From positions 96,001 through 160,000 of the forward strand of contig CAWFQK010000003.1 in assembly GCA_963817955.1 (NCBI GenBank): 64,000 bases of DNA. Direction: 5' to 3'. The position numbers were made by a program, and so were the translations under genes. The notes under the pieces are model-generated. The model made no database searches. It was not told the DNA's origin and saw only the letters and a list, made by a program, of their open reading frames with translations. Origin of the DNA: an uncultured Gemmatimonadaceae bacterium. GTDB taxonomy: Bacteria > Gemmatimonadota > Gemmatimonadetes > Gemmatimonadales > Gemmatimonadaceae. Of the stretch, positions 1 through 9,895 are shown piece by piece (position 1 is the stretch's first letter; each line of letters opens with the position of its first letter).

Positions 1-1
1 T

Positions 2-1417
2 TCACTTGCCTACGCAAAATCGCCGAAAGACCTCGTCCAGCACCTGCTCCACGTCCACGGCTCCGATCAGATCTTCGAGCGACGTCACGGCCTCTCGCAA
101 GTGCACGGCCGCAACCGGCGCCGGCACGTCGCCGCTCTGCCAACGGTCACGAAATGCGCGCACTTCTTCGAGCGCCTTCGCCACTGCGTAGCGGTGTCGC
201 TCCTGCGTCAGCAATGACACGTTCTGCTCCACCGGTTCGCCGTCTCGCAGCGCCACCGTTGCCACCGTTGCCACCGCGGCGAGCAATGCTTCGAGGCCTT
301 CCCCTGTTTCGGCGCTGACGGCAAGCGCCACAGCGGCCGCATGGCTTGTGCGAAGTTCTAAGAGTTCGGCCGGCGTGACCGGCGAAACATCACACTTCGT
401 GCGCACCGCAATCACCGGCGCCGAGGTGCGCCCGACGAGCGACCGGCGGATGGCCTCGAATGCGGAGTTGCTGTCGCCACAGGCCAGCACTACGGCGGCG
501 CGAGTGACGTAGGACTCGCTCATCTCGACGCCGAGCTTCTCCACCGGATCCAGTGCGTCATGTATGCCGGCGGTGTCCACCAGGCGGAGGGGAACGGTGG
601 GCGTGTCGACCACCGCCTCGATCGCATCGCGCGTCGTGCCCGGGATATTCGTGACGATCGCGCGGCTCTCGCCGAGCAGCGCATTGAACAACGATGACTT
701 GCCGACGTTGGGGGCGCCGGCGAGAACGACAAGTGCGCCCTCTCGCACCAGTTGGCCGGCGCGTGCCGTGGCCAGCAGTTGTTCGAGTCTGGCGATCGCC
801 CCATCCGTGGCCGACAGAATGCGCGCCGGTGCGATCGGCCCGTCGTCCTCCTCGGGGAAATCAATGTCGTAGGCGATGAGGGCTTCGAGGCCGATCAAGT
901 CGTCGCGTAACGCCAGCACTCTGCGGCTCAGTCCACCATCGAGTTGACGGATGGCGGCGCCCTGGGCGGCTCGCGAGGTGGCATTCACCAGGTCGCCCGC
1001 CGCTTCGGCCTGGAGGATATCGAGCTTGCCGTTGAGAACGGCACGCCTGGTGAACTCGCCAGGGAGCGCCTGGCGCGCACCACGGGCGATCAGGGCAGCA
1101 ACGATCGTGGTGGGCACGACGAGCCCGCCGTGGGAGATCAACTCGACGGCGTCCTCTCCGGTGAACGACGCCGGCGCGTCATAGCGAAACACCAACGCCT
1201 GATCGAGCTCGGCGCCGGTCGCATCGTGGACGTGTGTCAGCAGTGCGGTGCGCGGAACCGCCGGCCAGCGAGTGAGCGCCGCGCGCGCGATGTCATGGGC
1301 GTCTGGTCCCGACAGACGCACGACGGCCAGCGCACCGCGACCGGGGGCGGTCGCCAGCGCGACGATCGTATCAGAGAAGTAGAATGGGCTGCCCGGTGTC
1401 GGGCGGGGTCCGATCAT
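2..1417 (-). CDS. mnmE: tRNA modification GTPase MnmE (TrmE)
   Basis: [23 protein letters not shown]-terminus, [19 protein letters not shown]-terminal FCVGK. Start set at ATG 1417 (ATGA overlap with upstream stop). Confidence 0.97.
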   Translation of the reverse strand: MIGPRPTPGSPFYFSDTIVALATAPGRGALAVVRLSGPDAHDIARAALTRWPAVPRTALLTHVHDATGAELDQALVFRYDAPASFTGEDAVELISHGGLVVPTTIVAALIARGARQALPGEFTRRAVLNGKLDILQAEAAGDLVNATSRAAQGAAIRQLDGGLSRRVLALRDDLIGLEALIAYDIDFPEEDDGPIAPARILSATDGAIARLEQLLATARAGQLVREGALVVLAGAPNVGKSSLFNALLGESRAIVTNIPGTTRDAIEAVVDTPTVPLRLVDTAGIHDALDPVEKLGVEMSESYVTRAAVVLACGDSNSAFEAIRRSLVGRTSAPVIAVRTKCDVSPVTPAELLELRTSHAAAVALAVSAETGEGLEALLAAVATVATVALRDGEPVEQNVSLLTQERHRYAVAKALEEVRAFRDRWQSGDVPAPVAAVHLREAVTSLEDLIGAVDVEQVLDEVFRRFCVGK

Positions 1418-2202
1418 GTCGTTCGCGTCTGCGTCGTCAGCTCGAGGGATTCCCCTGGTTCGACAATCTTGACCGACGTCGCCAGGTGGTGCGACTCCAG
1501 CCGCTCGCGCAGGCGCCGGATGGCATCGTGCGCGGTGGCCGTCACGTGACGGAAAGTACCCCAGTGATAGGGTACGAGCACTCGCGCGTGCAGACGCTCG
1601 AACAGCGTGAGCGCGTCTTCGTGGGTCAGGTGTCCTTTTCGAAACCCTGGCTTCCACCAGGGCGCATAGCCAATCGGCAACAGCGCGAGATCGAGCTGGC
1701 GTCCGGTTTGCCAGAGCACACGTTTCACGAGGTAGTGCGTGTCCTCGGCAAGCGCCGTGTCGCCGGCGAAGAAGATCGTTTCGCCGGCGTCGAGCAGATA
1801 CATGTTGGCGGCGCGGCGCCACCGGTCAAATCCGTATCGGTTGCCGTGGTGCGTGGCGCTCGCCGCGTAGATCTCCACGTCGCACACGCTGGTGCTTTCC
1901 CCCGGCGGCAGATCCACAGCGTGCGCGAAGCCGAGCCGGCGCAGCCACTTGGCGATCACTGGCGGCGCGAACAACGGGCTCGTGCTCGGCAGACGCTCGA
2001 GCGTCTCAAACGACAGATGGTCAGCGTGCGCGTGTGTCAACAGGATGGCGTCGAGCGACGGCAGCTTCTCGAGCGCGATTCCAGGCGCCGCCACGCGCGG
2101 CAAGATCCCCCCGAGCTTCGGATCGAAGTTCGGATCGGTGAGGATCCTTGCGCCGCCGATCTCCAAGAGCAGCGTCGCATGGCCGATGTACGTGACCTTC
2201 AT
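1414..2202 (-). CDS. MBL-fold metallo-hydrolase (UlaG-like)
   Basis: YIGHAT, TDP, THAHADH (HxHxDH), FAGDT and PYHWGTF motifs. Start ATG 2202. Confidence 0.9.
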   Translation of the reverse strand: MKVTYIGHATLLLEIGGARILTDPNFDPKLGGILPRVAAPGIALEKLPSLDAILLTHAHADHLSFETLERLPSTSPLFAPPVIAKWLRRLGFAHAVDLPPGESTSVCDVEIYAASATHHGNRYGFDRWRRAANMYLLDAGETIFFAGDTALAEDTHYLVKRVLWQTGRQLDLALLPIGYAPWWKPGFRKGHLTHEDALTLFERLHARVLVPYHWGTFRHVTATAHDAIRRLRERLESHHLATSVKIVEPGESLELTTQTRTT

Positions 2203-2205
2203 GGG

Positions 2206-2252
2206 GACACGAGACACGAGACACGAGACACGGGACACGGGTCCCGTGTCCC
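2206..2252. repeat. Heptamer tandem repeat (GACACGR)x5 followed by an inverted copy forming a hairpin
   Basis: gacacga x3, gacacgg x2, then gggacacggg-t-cccgtgtccc, read directly. Confidence 0.9.
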
Positions 2253-2257
2253 CTTAC

Positions 2258-3952
2258 CTATCCCTTCTTCGCAGTTCGCGTTCCCGTCGCGGCAATCCCG
2301 GCTTTGGCCCGTTCTCGCGTCACCATCCACTGCTGCGGCAGCGCCGCGAAATTCTGGACGGCGTAATAGAGATTCAAACCGGAGGCGAAGTTGAGGAACA
2401 TGACCGTGAACATCACTGGCATCATGTAGCTCATCATCTTGGTCTGCGGATTCGGCGGCATGGAGCGCATGCCGATCCACGAGAGGAGGAACATGGAGGC
2501 GCCCATCACCAGCGGCGTGATGTAGGTCGGGTCGCGAAGTGCCAGATCCGGAAGCCAGAGGAAGGACACGCCTCGGAACTCGATCGTGTTCTGGAACACG
2601 TAGTAGAGCGCGTAGAGCACCGGCATCGGCAACAGCATTGGAAGGCACCCGAGCATGGGACTCAGCGGGCTCATGCCGTGTGCCTGATACAGCTTGACGA
2701 GCGCATCACGCTGCTTGTCCGGATCGCTCTTGTACTTCTTCTGCACTTCCTGCAACTCCGGCTGCAGACGCTGCATGGCCATGCTCGTGCGCATTGCCTT
2801 CTGGTTGAGCGGCCAGAGCAACAGACGGATGACGACACCGAAGATGATGAGCACCCATCCGTAGTTCACGTGCAGGGTCGCCTTCATCCACAGCAGCAGA
2901 CGCATGACGATGGTCGCCAACGGCTGCACCACCGGACGCATGAAGCTCGCGTACGGATTGACGTTCTCGAGATCGTTGCCGTAGGTGTGGAGCACTTGCC
3001 ACGACTGCGGCCCAATGTAGAGGTCGAACGCGAACTGACCGTTGGTGAGCGGCTGCATGGTCGTCGCCGACGCTGTTCGCGTGATGCGTCCGAGCTTCTC
3101 GCCGCCGCGCATCGTGAGCCCAAAGAAGACGCCCGCCGCCTTCTGCCCCACCGGCTGCATCAGTGCCACGAGAAAATACTTGTCGTGCGCGGCTATCCAC
3201 TGGAATGAGCCGGTGTCAGAACGCACGGTGTTGGAGTCGAGCTTGGAGAACGGAACGCTCGTGACGTCGCGCAGGGGGATCTTGTACGCGTACGCCAGGT
3301 GACGCTGGTCGTCGAGCGTGTCTGCCTCAGCCGAGCGGAACGCATGAGGTAGGTCAACGAGCAACGCGGATCCGGCAGGCGCGTTGGCGACCGTGCCGCG
3401 CACCGCGCTGCGAAACCCATCGCTGTCTGCTTGGTAGCTGATCGTGATTGCCGGCGACACCGACGTAAACGTCGTCGTCCGGCCAGAGGTGCTGATCGCG
3501 AAAGGAACGGTGTTCAGGTCGACCGTGTCGGCACCGAGCGCGAGCCGGTAGTGGAGCAATGGGCCGCGGGGCTGCTCGATGACAACCGTGTCGCGGTGAC
3601 CGGGACGGAGATTGCGGAAGCCGATCGGCTGGACGGTGGACGGCACGGCGCCCGGACTGACATAGGTGACCTTTACGCGCGGAGCGGCAACCACCACCGA
3701 CTCGGCAACGAGGGGCTTGGCCGTTGCGGCGCCGATGGCTGGCTGCACCGTAGATGTGCCCGGCGCGGGGGCGGGGGAGCCTGGCTGCAGGCTAGCTGCT
3801 GATGATACGGCCGTGGGCGTTGGCGCAGCGGTGCGGGCAATCGCGCTATCGGTGGTGGGGCTCGGCTGGCGTCGCGACGTTGGAAAGAGAAACGGCGTGA
3901 CGACGATGACGGCCGCCATGAGCACGAGCGCGAGGAGAGTGCGTCTATCCAT
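2258..3952 (-). CDS. yidC: Membrane protein insertase YidC
   Basis: N-terminal TM, periplasmic domain, NYGWVLII...RLLLWPL, GCLPMLL, FLWLPDL..DP, GLNLYY; canonical position. Confidence 0.97.
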   Translation of the reverse strand: MDRRTLLALVLMAAVIVVTPFLFPTSRRQPSPTTDSAIARTAAPTPTAVSSAASLQPGSPAPAPGTSTVQPAIGAATAKPLVAESVVVAAPRVKVTYVSPGAVPSTVQPIGFRNLRPGHRDTVVIEQPRGPLLHYRLALGADTVDLNTVPFAISTSGRTTTFTSVSPAITISYQADSDGFRSAVRGTVANAPAGSALLVDLPHAFRSAEADTLDDQRHLAYAYKIPLRDVTSVPFSKLDSNTVRSDTGSFQWIAAHDKYFLVALMQPVGQKAAGVFFGLTMRGGEKLGRITRTASATTMQPLTNGQFAFDLYIGPQSWQVLHTYGNDLENVNPYASFMRPVVQPLATIVMRLLLWMKATLHVNYGWVLIIFGVVIRLLLWPLNQKAMRTSMAMQRLQPELQEVQKKYKSDPDKQRDALVKLYQAHGMSPLSPMLGCLPMLLPMPVLYALYYVFQNTIEFRGVSFLWLPDLALRDPTYITPLVMGASMFLLSWIGMRSMPPNPQTKMMSYMMPVMFTVMFLNFASGLNLYYAVQNFAALPQQWMVTRERAKAGIAATGTRTAKKG

Positions 3953-3968
3953 TCAGGCTGAAGCGTCG

Positions 3969-4178
3969 CTAGGGAACAGGGTCATAGCCGCCTGGCCGAA
4001 AGGGATGGCAGCGGGCAATACGACGAACGGCAAGCCAACCGCCGCGCATCGCTCCATGTTTCTGGAGCGCTTCGACGGCGTATGCAGAGCAGCTTGGATA
4101 ATAGCGGCATGAAGCAGGCAGAAGCGGCGAAATGCTCACCTGGTAGCCGCGCACGAGAAGGATCAACAGCGTGCGCAT
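3969..4178 (-). CDS. yidD: Membrane protein insertion efficiency factor YidD
   Basis: [16 protein letters not shown]...HG...RCHPF..GGYDPVP. Confidence 0.96.
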   Translation of the reverse strand: MRTLLILLVRGYQVSISPLLPASCRYYPSCSAYAVEALQKHGAMRGGWLAVRRIARCHPFRPGGYDPVP

Positions 4179-4184
4179 GGAGCC

Positions 4185-4658
4185 CTACGGGCGCGACGCG
4201 TCGCTGGTGACACGCGACAGAATAGTCTGGACGTCCGCCCTGAGCATGTCCAGTCCGACGGCGTAGGCTTCGCGGCGAGCGCGAATGGAAACGTCCAACG
4301 ACGGCCTCTCTCGCAGCGACGGCAACAGTTCCACTCGCACGAGCTCGCGGAGCCGGCGCTTGAGCCGATTGCGATCGACCGCAGAGTGTTGATGACGAGG
4401 CACAACGATCCCGATACGGGGAGAACCAAGAGGGGAAGCGAGAATCCGAACATCGAGATGTCCGGTTCGAATTCGCTTCCCCTCTCGAATGACGGTTTGT
4501 AGCTCGAGACTCCGCGTCAGCCTGTTCGGCCGCGGGAATCCAAGTTCGTCGTTACGCGCCTGCGTACTTACTCGGGAGTCTAACGGTGAGGCTCTTGCGT
4601 CCCTTTTTGCGACGACGGCTGAGGATTGCACGCCCCCACTTGGTTTCCATGCGCGCAC
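4185..4658 (-). CDS. rnpA: Ribonuclease P protein component (start uncertain)
   Basis: RIGIVV...[17 protein letters not shown] motif; synteny. The only ATG/GTG/TTG starts upstream of the domain are GTG 4658 and GTG 4631, both inside rpmH. Confidence 0.92.
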   Translation of the reverse strand: MRAWKPSGGVQSSAVVAKRDARASPLDSRVSTQARNDELGFPRPNRLTRSLELQTVIREGKRIRTGHLDVRILASPLGSPRIGIVVPRHQHSAVDRNRLKRRLRELVRVELLPSLRERPSLDVSIRARREAYAVGLDMLRADVQTILSRVTSDASRP

Positions 4659-4716
4659 GAAATCCGTGAGTCTTGATACGGCGCTTGTTGCGGGGACGAT
4701 AAGTCGGCTTACCCAT
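4552..4716 (-). CDS. rpmH: 50S ribosomal protein L34
   Basis: [23 protein letters not shown]...[17 protein letters not shown] upstream. Confidence 0.97.
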   Translation of the reverse strand: MGKPTYRPRNKRRIKTHGFRARMETKWGRAILSRRRKKGRKSLTVRLPSKYAGA

Positions 4717-4868
4717 AGACCACTCCAAATACGGTACGAACGAAGCTGCGATGCAGTCGTTAAACCTATTCAGGAAAGGAGGATAGAGCAAGGCGCGGAG
4801 CGCGCGCGTGGGTGAGTGGTAGACCGGGTGAGCGCCACAGGGCTCGCGCGACCGCTCCTCCGCTCCCT

Positions 4869-4897
4869 TTGACTTTTCCACATCGGATCTCTAGCTT
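4869..4897 (+). promoter_or_regulatory. sigma70-type dnaA promoter with an overlapping DnaA box
   Basis: TTGACT (4869-4874), 17 bp, TAGCTT (4892-4897); TTTTCCACA at 4874-4882. Confidence 0.75.
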
Positions 4898-4929
4898 CGC
4901 TCGCCCGCCTCGTTTTCTCTTCCCACGCA

Positions 4930-6318
4930 ATGACGCTGACAGCCCACGAAGCTTGGAGCCGGCTACTCGATCGCGCTCGTTTAGAGCTGCCCGAGCAGAC
5001 CTTCAGGACATGGCTCGAGCCAACTGAGGCACTGTCGCTCGCCGACGGAACGATCTTCGTTGGCGCGCCCGATCAGTTCGCGGCCGACTGGAACGAGTCC
5101 AAGCACGCTGAGCTCCTGTCCAGCCTTGCGCCAGTCGCGCTGGGACACCCATTGGCCGTGATCTTCAAGGTCACTGAGGAGCGCAGGGCGCGCCCACAGA
5201 TGGACTTGTTTGTGGCTCCTCCCGCCCAAAAGGCTCTGGGCCAGGTTCGGAACGGCGGCATCATCTCGCCACCATTAAGTGATCGGTACACGTTCGACTA
5301 CTTTGTCATCGGCAAGTCGAATGAGCTGGCGGCCGCCGCAGCGCACGCCGTTGGCCAGGCGCCGGGCAAGGTCTACAACCCACTCTTCATCTACGGTGAC
5401 ACCGGACTGGGCAAGACGCACCTCATGCAGGCTATCGCGCATGAGATCGTGCAGCGCAAGCCGGAGACGCGGATCACGTTTATCGGAACCGAGCAGTTCA
5501 CCAACGAGCTCGTTGCCGCCATTCAGAACCGAACCACCGCTGATTTCCGTCGGCGCTTTCGTGAGACGGACCTCCTGCTCGTTGATGACGTCCACTTCCT
5601 GAAAGGGAAGGAGGCCATGCAGGAGGAGTTCTTCCACACCTTCAACGCACTGTACGAAGGTGGCCGACAGATTGTGCTCACGAGCGACCGCCCGCCGTCT
5701 GAGATCCCCGGTCTCGAGGCGCGACTCGTGTCGCGCTTTCAATGGGGCATGGTTGCCGACATCGAGCTGCCCGACCTCGAACACCGCATTGCGATCCTAC
5801 GGCAGAAGGCGCATCTCGACCATCTCGAGCTCACGATCCCGGAAGACGTCATCCGGTTCATCGCCGAGAACGTCCGGTCGAGCGTCCGTGAGCTGGAGGG
5901 GTCGATCATCAAGCTCCTGGCGTACGCCTCGCTCAAACACCGCGAGATTACGGTGGACATCGCTCGCGAGGCGCTGCGGGACAAGCTCAAGGCCGTGGAA
6001 GGACAACCCGCCGGCGGCCCGGCAATCAATACCTACGTCATTCAGCAGGCCGTCGCGAAGGAGTGGGGCGTCACGACCGATGGCCTCCGCTCAAAAACGC
6101 GTACCAAGAACCTCACCGTGCCACGTCAGGTGGCCATGTTCATGATGCGCGAGCTACTCGGCATGCAGCTCGTAGAGATTGGGAGCGCATTCGGCGGCCG
6201 CGATCACTCCACGGTCATCCACAGTCTGGAGCGCGTAGCGGCAATGACGAAGGAAGATCCTGCGTTCGGGCAACGGGTGGCGAGGGTTCAGGCAGCGTTG
6301 GAAAGCCTGCGGACTTGA
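4930..6318 (+). CDS. dnaA: Chromosomal replication initiator DnaA
   Basis: YNPLFIYGDTGLGKTHL, LLLVDDVHFL, QEEFFHTFN, FGGRDHSTVIH. Confidence 0.99.
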   Translation: MTLTAHEAWSRLLDRARLELPEQTFRTWLEPTEALSLADGTIFVGAPDQFAADWNESKHAELLSSLAPVALGHPLAVIFKVTEERRARPQMDLFVAPPAQKALGQVRNGGIISPPLSDRYTFDYFVIGKSNELAAAAAHAVGQAPGKVYNPLFIYGDTGLGKTHLMQAIAHEIVQRKPETRITFIGTEQFTNELVAAIQNRTTADFRRRFRETDLLLVDDVHFLKGKEAMQEEFFHTFNALYEGGRQIVLTSDRPPSEIPGLEARLVSRFQWGMVADIELPDLEHRIAILRQKAHLDHLELTIPEDVIRFIAENVRSSVRELEGSIIKLLAYASLKHREITVDIAREALRDKLKAVEGQPAGGPAINTYVIQQAVAKEWGVTTDGLRSKTRTKNLTVPRQVAMFMMRELLGMQLVEIGSAFGGRDHSTVIHSLERVAAMTKEDPAFGQRVARVQAALESLRT

Positions 6319-6557
6319 ACAAAACATCTACCCTTTTCCACAGGTTGTTCGTCGGAAAGGTCGTCGGTGGAGGGGGATTTCTGGGAAACTCGGGTTGCGC
6401 ACGTCGAATCAACAACGCGAGGGATAGTCGAACTGCTTGAATTGGTGTAACTTCCAGCGATTTTCCACGCCTCAACAGTCACTACTACGACTACTAGTTA
6501 ATTGCTCTTAATAGAGAACTACTAGTACCACGCCGTTTTGCACAACCAGGAGCCGTG
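6319..6557. other. Replication origin oriC (dnaA-dnaN intergenic)
   Basis: DnaA boxes TTTTCCACA 6334-6342, TTTTCCACG 6461-6469, TTTTGCACA 6536-6544; CTA trinucleotide run (DnaA-trio-like) 6482-6496; AT-rich patch about 6497-6525. Confidence 0.85.
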
Positions 6558-7670
6558 ATGCGGTTTACGATCTCCCGTGAGAAGCTGCAGGAAGGTCTTG
6601 CCGCGGTAACCGCAAGCATCCCAGCGAAGACGACGCTGCCGATTCTCGCCAATATCATGGTCGAGGCCACCGAAAAAGGCATTCGCCTCTCGGGAACTGA
6701 CCTCGATATCGCCGTGACCACAGAGGTTGCGGCCGACGTCGAGACGCCCGGCGCAATCACGATTCCCGCCAAGAAGCTGAGTGAGATCGCCCGGGAGCTC
6801 CCGCCCGCGCCCGTGCGCATGGCCGCGGTAGGCGAACAACGCGTGTCGATCGACTGCGGTCGCTCGCACTTCAAGATCCTCGGATTGCCGCGCGACGAGT
6901 TTCCTGCGTTTCCAAACGTCAGATTCACCGAGAGCTGGCGCATTCGCTCTGGGGACCTGCAGAAGTTGATCTCGCATACCTCCTTCGCCGTCTCCACGGA
7001 AGAGAGCCGACCCATCCTCAACGGGGTGCTGTGGGAGTTCAAGCCGGACATGATGCGCATGGTGGCCACCAACGGCCATCGCTTGGCGAAAATGGAAATG
7101 CCAATCAAGTCCGCCGGCGCGCCGCCCTGTGATCTGATCGTGCCACCGAAGGCGCTGGAGCAGATCCGGCGACTCTTTCCCGAAGACGAAGAGCTCGAGA
7201 TCGCCAAGGGCGAGAACCATCTCGGTTTCCGCTCACCCTTTACCGCGGTGTTTACGCGGCTCATCGAGGGGCCGTACCCGCCATACGACCAGGTCATCCC
7301 GCGCGATAATAACCGCGTGGCGATCGCTGACCGTACCGCGCTCACCAGCGCGCTACGGCGTATGTCGATCATCGCGTCGGATCAGACACACCGGATTCGC
7401 CTGTCGTTCAACGCGGGCATGCTCAAGTTCAGCGTCCAGACGCCGGACTTGGGCGAGGCGACAGACGAGCTCGCAGTGCGTTATACCGGCGATCCGCTCG
7501 ACATCGGGTTCAACGCCAACTATCTACTCGAGATCCTGCGCTACATTCCCACGGACGAGGTGCGGTTGACGTTCAAGGCGCCGGAGCGCGCGGCGACCTT
7601 GGAGCCGGAAGGCTGGGCAGATCCGGCGCAGTACCTGTGTCTCGTCATGCCCCTGCGCTTGCTCGACTGA
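6558..7670 (+). CDS. dnaN: DNA polymerase III beta sliding clamp
   Basis: LPILANI, GTDLDI, SRPILNGV, VATNGHRL, RLIEGPYP, IGFNANYL, LVMPLRL; AGGAG RBS. Confidence 0.99.
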   Translation: MRFTISREKLQEGLAAVTASIPAKTTLPILANIMVEATEKGIRLSGTDLDIAVTTEVAADVETPGAITIPAKKLSEIARELPPAPVRMAAVGEQRVSIDCGRSHFKILGLPRDEFPAFPNVRFTESWRIRSGDLQKLISHTSFAVSTEESRPILNGVLWEFKPDMMRMVATNGHRLAKMEMPIKSAGAPPCDLIVPPKALEQIRRLFPEDEELEIAKGENHLGFRSPFTAVFTRLIEGPYPPYDQVIPRDNNRVAIADRTALTSALRRMSIIASDQTHRIRLSFNAGMLKFSVQTPDLGEATDELAVRYTGDPLDIGFNANYLLEILRYIPTDEVRLTFKAPERAATLEPEGWADPAQYLCLVMPLRLLD

Positions 7671-7704
7671 GCGTCGCCCCTCCACCGTAGGAGGCCGGTC
7701 GCAC

Positions 7705-8370
7705 GTGTTCAGCTTCATCACGCTCGTCCAGGGAATTGGACTGGCATACGCGGCCGGACTCAACCTGTACGCGGCAATGGCCGTCACCGGCATTGCCATT
7801 CGTCTGGGCTGGGTGCACAACGTGCCCACGACCATCGAGCCACTGGGTGGCGGCATCATCATCACCCTGGCCGTCCTGCTTTACGCGATCGAATTCGTAG
7901 CAACGCTCATCCCGGGCGTTGCGTCGGCTTGGGAGACCCTGCATAGCCTGATCAGGCCTCCAGCCGCGGCAGTGCTCGCCGCCGCCACAGCGTGGCACGC
8001 AGACCCGGTGATCGTGCTCGTGGCGGCGTTGCTCGGCGGTGGGGTTGCGATCACGACGCACACCACCAAACTCGGGCTTCGGTACGCCATCGACGCGTCT
8101 CCCGAACCGGTGACGAACGCGGTTGTGAACCTCACGGAGCTCGGCTTGGTGAGCGCCGTGGCGATCGCCATTTGGCAACACCCATTCGTCACGCTGGCGG
8201 TGGCATTCGTCGTGCTCGTCGCACTCGTGATGCTCGTGCGTTTCATCTGGCGCGCGCTGGGACAGGTCTTTTCCGGCCGGTGGATGCCCGGCCCCGGTCT
8301 CATGCAGGCGCCACGCGTGATGGAGCACCACCACGGGCACGCGCACTTCCACGAGAACGACAACAGTTAG
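7705..8370 (+). CDS. DUF4126-like membrane protein
   Basis: GLAYAAGLNLYA, EF....IPGV.SAW..LHSLIRP, SPEP..N; hydrophobic. Confidence 0.8.
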   Translation: MFSFITLVQGIGLAYAAGLNLYAAMAVTGIAIRLGWVHNVPTTIEPLGGGIIITLAVLLYAIEFVATLIPGVASAWETLHSLIRPPAAAVLAAATAWHADPVIVLVAALLGGGVAITTHTTKLGLRYAIDASPEPVTNAVVNLTELGLVSAVAIAIWQHPFVTLAVAFVVLVALVMLVRFIWRALGQVFSGRWMPGPGLMQAPRVMEHHHGHAHFHENDNS

Positions 8371-8384
8371 ACACGGGACACGGG

Positions 8385-8417
8385 AAATAAAAACGGCGCA
8401 TCTTTCGATGCGCCGTT
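8385..8417 (-). terminator. Intrinsic terminator of rnpB (possibly bidirectional)
   Basis: 11-bp stem aacggcgcatc/gatgcgccgtt followed by a T-rich tail on the minus strand. Confidence 0.8.
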
Positions 8418-8418
8418 C

Positions 8419-8804
8419 GTCGCGAGTCTATAAGCCGGGTTCTGTGAGACGAATTGCTTCGTCCCGGTGATCATTCCTCTCCGAGCGTAGTCGCCTACGC
8501 TCTCTAGCAGCCTACCCGCAGCGTCTTGGTCGAGGTGGGCACCTCTCGCTGCCTATTTGGCCTTGCTCCCGCTGGGGTTTACCCTGCCGCGGCTGTTGCC
8601 AACCGCGCGGTGAGCTCTTACCTCACCATTTCACCCTTACCGAATCCGAGGATTCGGCGGTGTATTTTCTGTGGCACTTTCCGTCGTCACTCGGCCGAAG
8701 CCGACAACGCCCAGGCGTTACCTGGCAGCGCGCCCAATGGAGCCCGGACTTTCCTCGAGCGGTGTTCCCAAGAGATCACCGATCGCGATCACCCGACTGG
8801 CGAC
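8419..8804 (-). ncRNA. rnpB: RNase P RNA (bacterial type A)
   Basis: Minus strand has GAGGAAAGTCCGGGCTCC near the 5' end, AGTGCCACAGAAA, GGTAAACCCC, and ACAGAACCCGGCTTAT at the 3' end; termini pair as P1. Confidence 0.97.
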
Positions 8805-8925
8805 TCTCTGAAAGATAGCGTTTCTCCGTGACGCTCGCCTGACGTCCCGCCGATAGGTTGCGCCCGCTTCGAGCCGAGGACGGCTCGATACTGTTGGTTC
8901 CGCTCCCTGGGGGGCAAGCGTTTCC

Positions 8926-9810
8926 ATGCAAATTGATCATGCAGGTGCAAGACAACCGTTGCCAATCGCAACGATGCTCACGCCGCACGAACGTATTCGT
9001 GTCGATGCGGCGGGCGAAGGATCGTATCGCGCATTTCACCGCAGTTCGCTCGCGGAAGTCGTGCAGGACCTCAAATTGAATCGGGCAAGTGCCGTGCTGC
9101 TCTCGGTCACGTGCTGTGATCAGCGGGCCCGGTCGGGGGTTGCCGCGCTCGTGCGCGAGTTTCCACGCGTGCCGACGGTCGCACTCCTCACGCAGATCGA
9201 CCATGCCACGCCGCGCATCGTGTTGTCGCTCGGTTCCACCGGCGTGCGGCAGGTGGTCGACGTCCGTGACGCCGATGGCTGGCGGGAGCTCCGCAACTAC
9301 TTGTTGGCCTCACGCGGCGAAGAGATCCAGCGCCAGGCGCTCGGGGAGCTGGCCCTGGATCTGGGTGGGGTGCCACAGGACTGCTGGCGGTTCTTCGAGG
9401 CGCTGTTTCTCGCCTCGCCGCAGGTCTCCACGGTTCGCATTTTCGCGCGCCGGCTCGACGTGTTGCCGAGCACGTTGATGAGTCGATTCTTTCGCGCGCA
9501 TCTGCCGGCGCCAAAACAATACCTGGCCTGCGCGCGACTGGTGCGTGCCGCCCGGTTGTTCGAGAATCCGGGCTTCTCCGTCGCCAATGTCGCGAACCAT
9601 CTCGACTACTCGTCACCTCAAAGCTTTGGACGACACATCCGTACGATCATGCGCCTCACCGCAGTGCAGTTCCGCGCGCAATACGACGGAGAGGGAATGT
9701 TACAGCACTTCCGTCACTCGCTCGTGCTACCGCACCTCGATCGGCTGCGGCACCTTCGGCCGCTCGATCCGACTTGGGGTGGTGCCTACGGGCAAACGGT
9801 GGTGCAGTAA
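8926..9810 (+). CDS. AraC-family transcriptional regulator
   Basis: C-terminal double HTH (STLMSRF...RLVRAARL...VANHLDYSSPQSFGRH). Confidence 0.88.
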   Translation: MQIDHAGARQPLPIATMLTPHERIRVDAAGEGSYRAFHRSSLAEVVQDLKLNRASAVLLSVTCCDQRARSGVAALVREFPRVPTVALLTQIDHATPRIVLSLGSTGVRQVVDVRDADGWRELRNYLLASRGEEIQRQALGELALDLGGVPQDCWRFFEALFLASPQVSTVRIFARRLDVLPSTLMSRFFRAHLPAPKQYLACARLVRAARLFENPGFSVANVANHLDYSSPQSFGRHIRTIMRLTAVQFRAQYDGEGMLQHFRHSLVLPHLDRLRHLRPLDPTWGGAYGQTVVQ

Positions 9811-9895
9811 GGCCGAAACCGGCTGGCAGGTTTGCTGCATACACAAATGGGTGGCGCGCCGGCCGAACATTGTGCGCCACCCTTACTCGAGCCAA

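Noticed and set aside
1418..1822. N-terminal extension of MnmE in the ORF track
   Set aside because: Overlaps the MBL hydrolase gene; homology starts after ATG 1417.
8526..8831. Short ORFs across 8.4-8.9 kb
   Set aside because: The region is the RNase P RNA gene.
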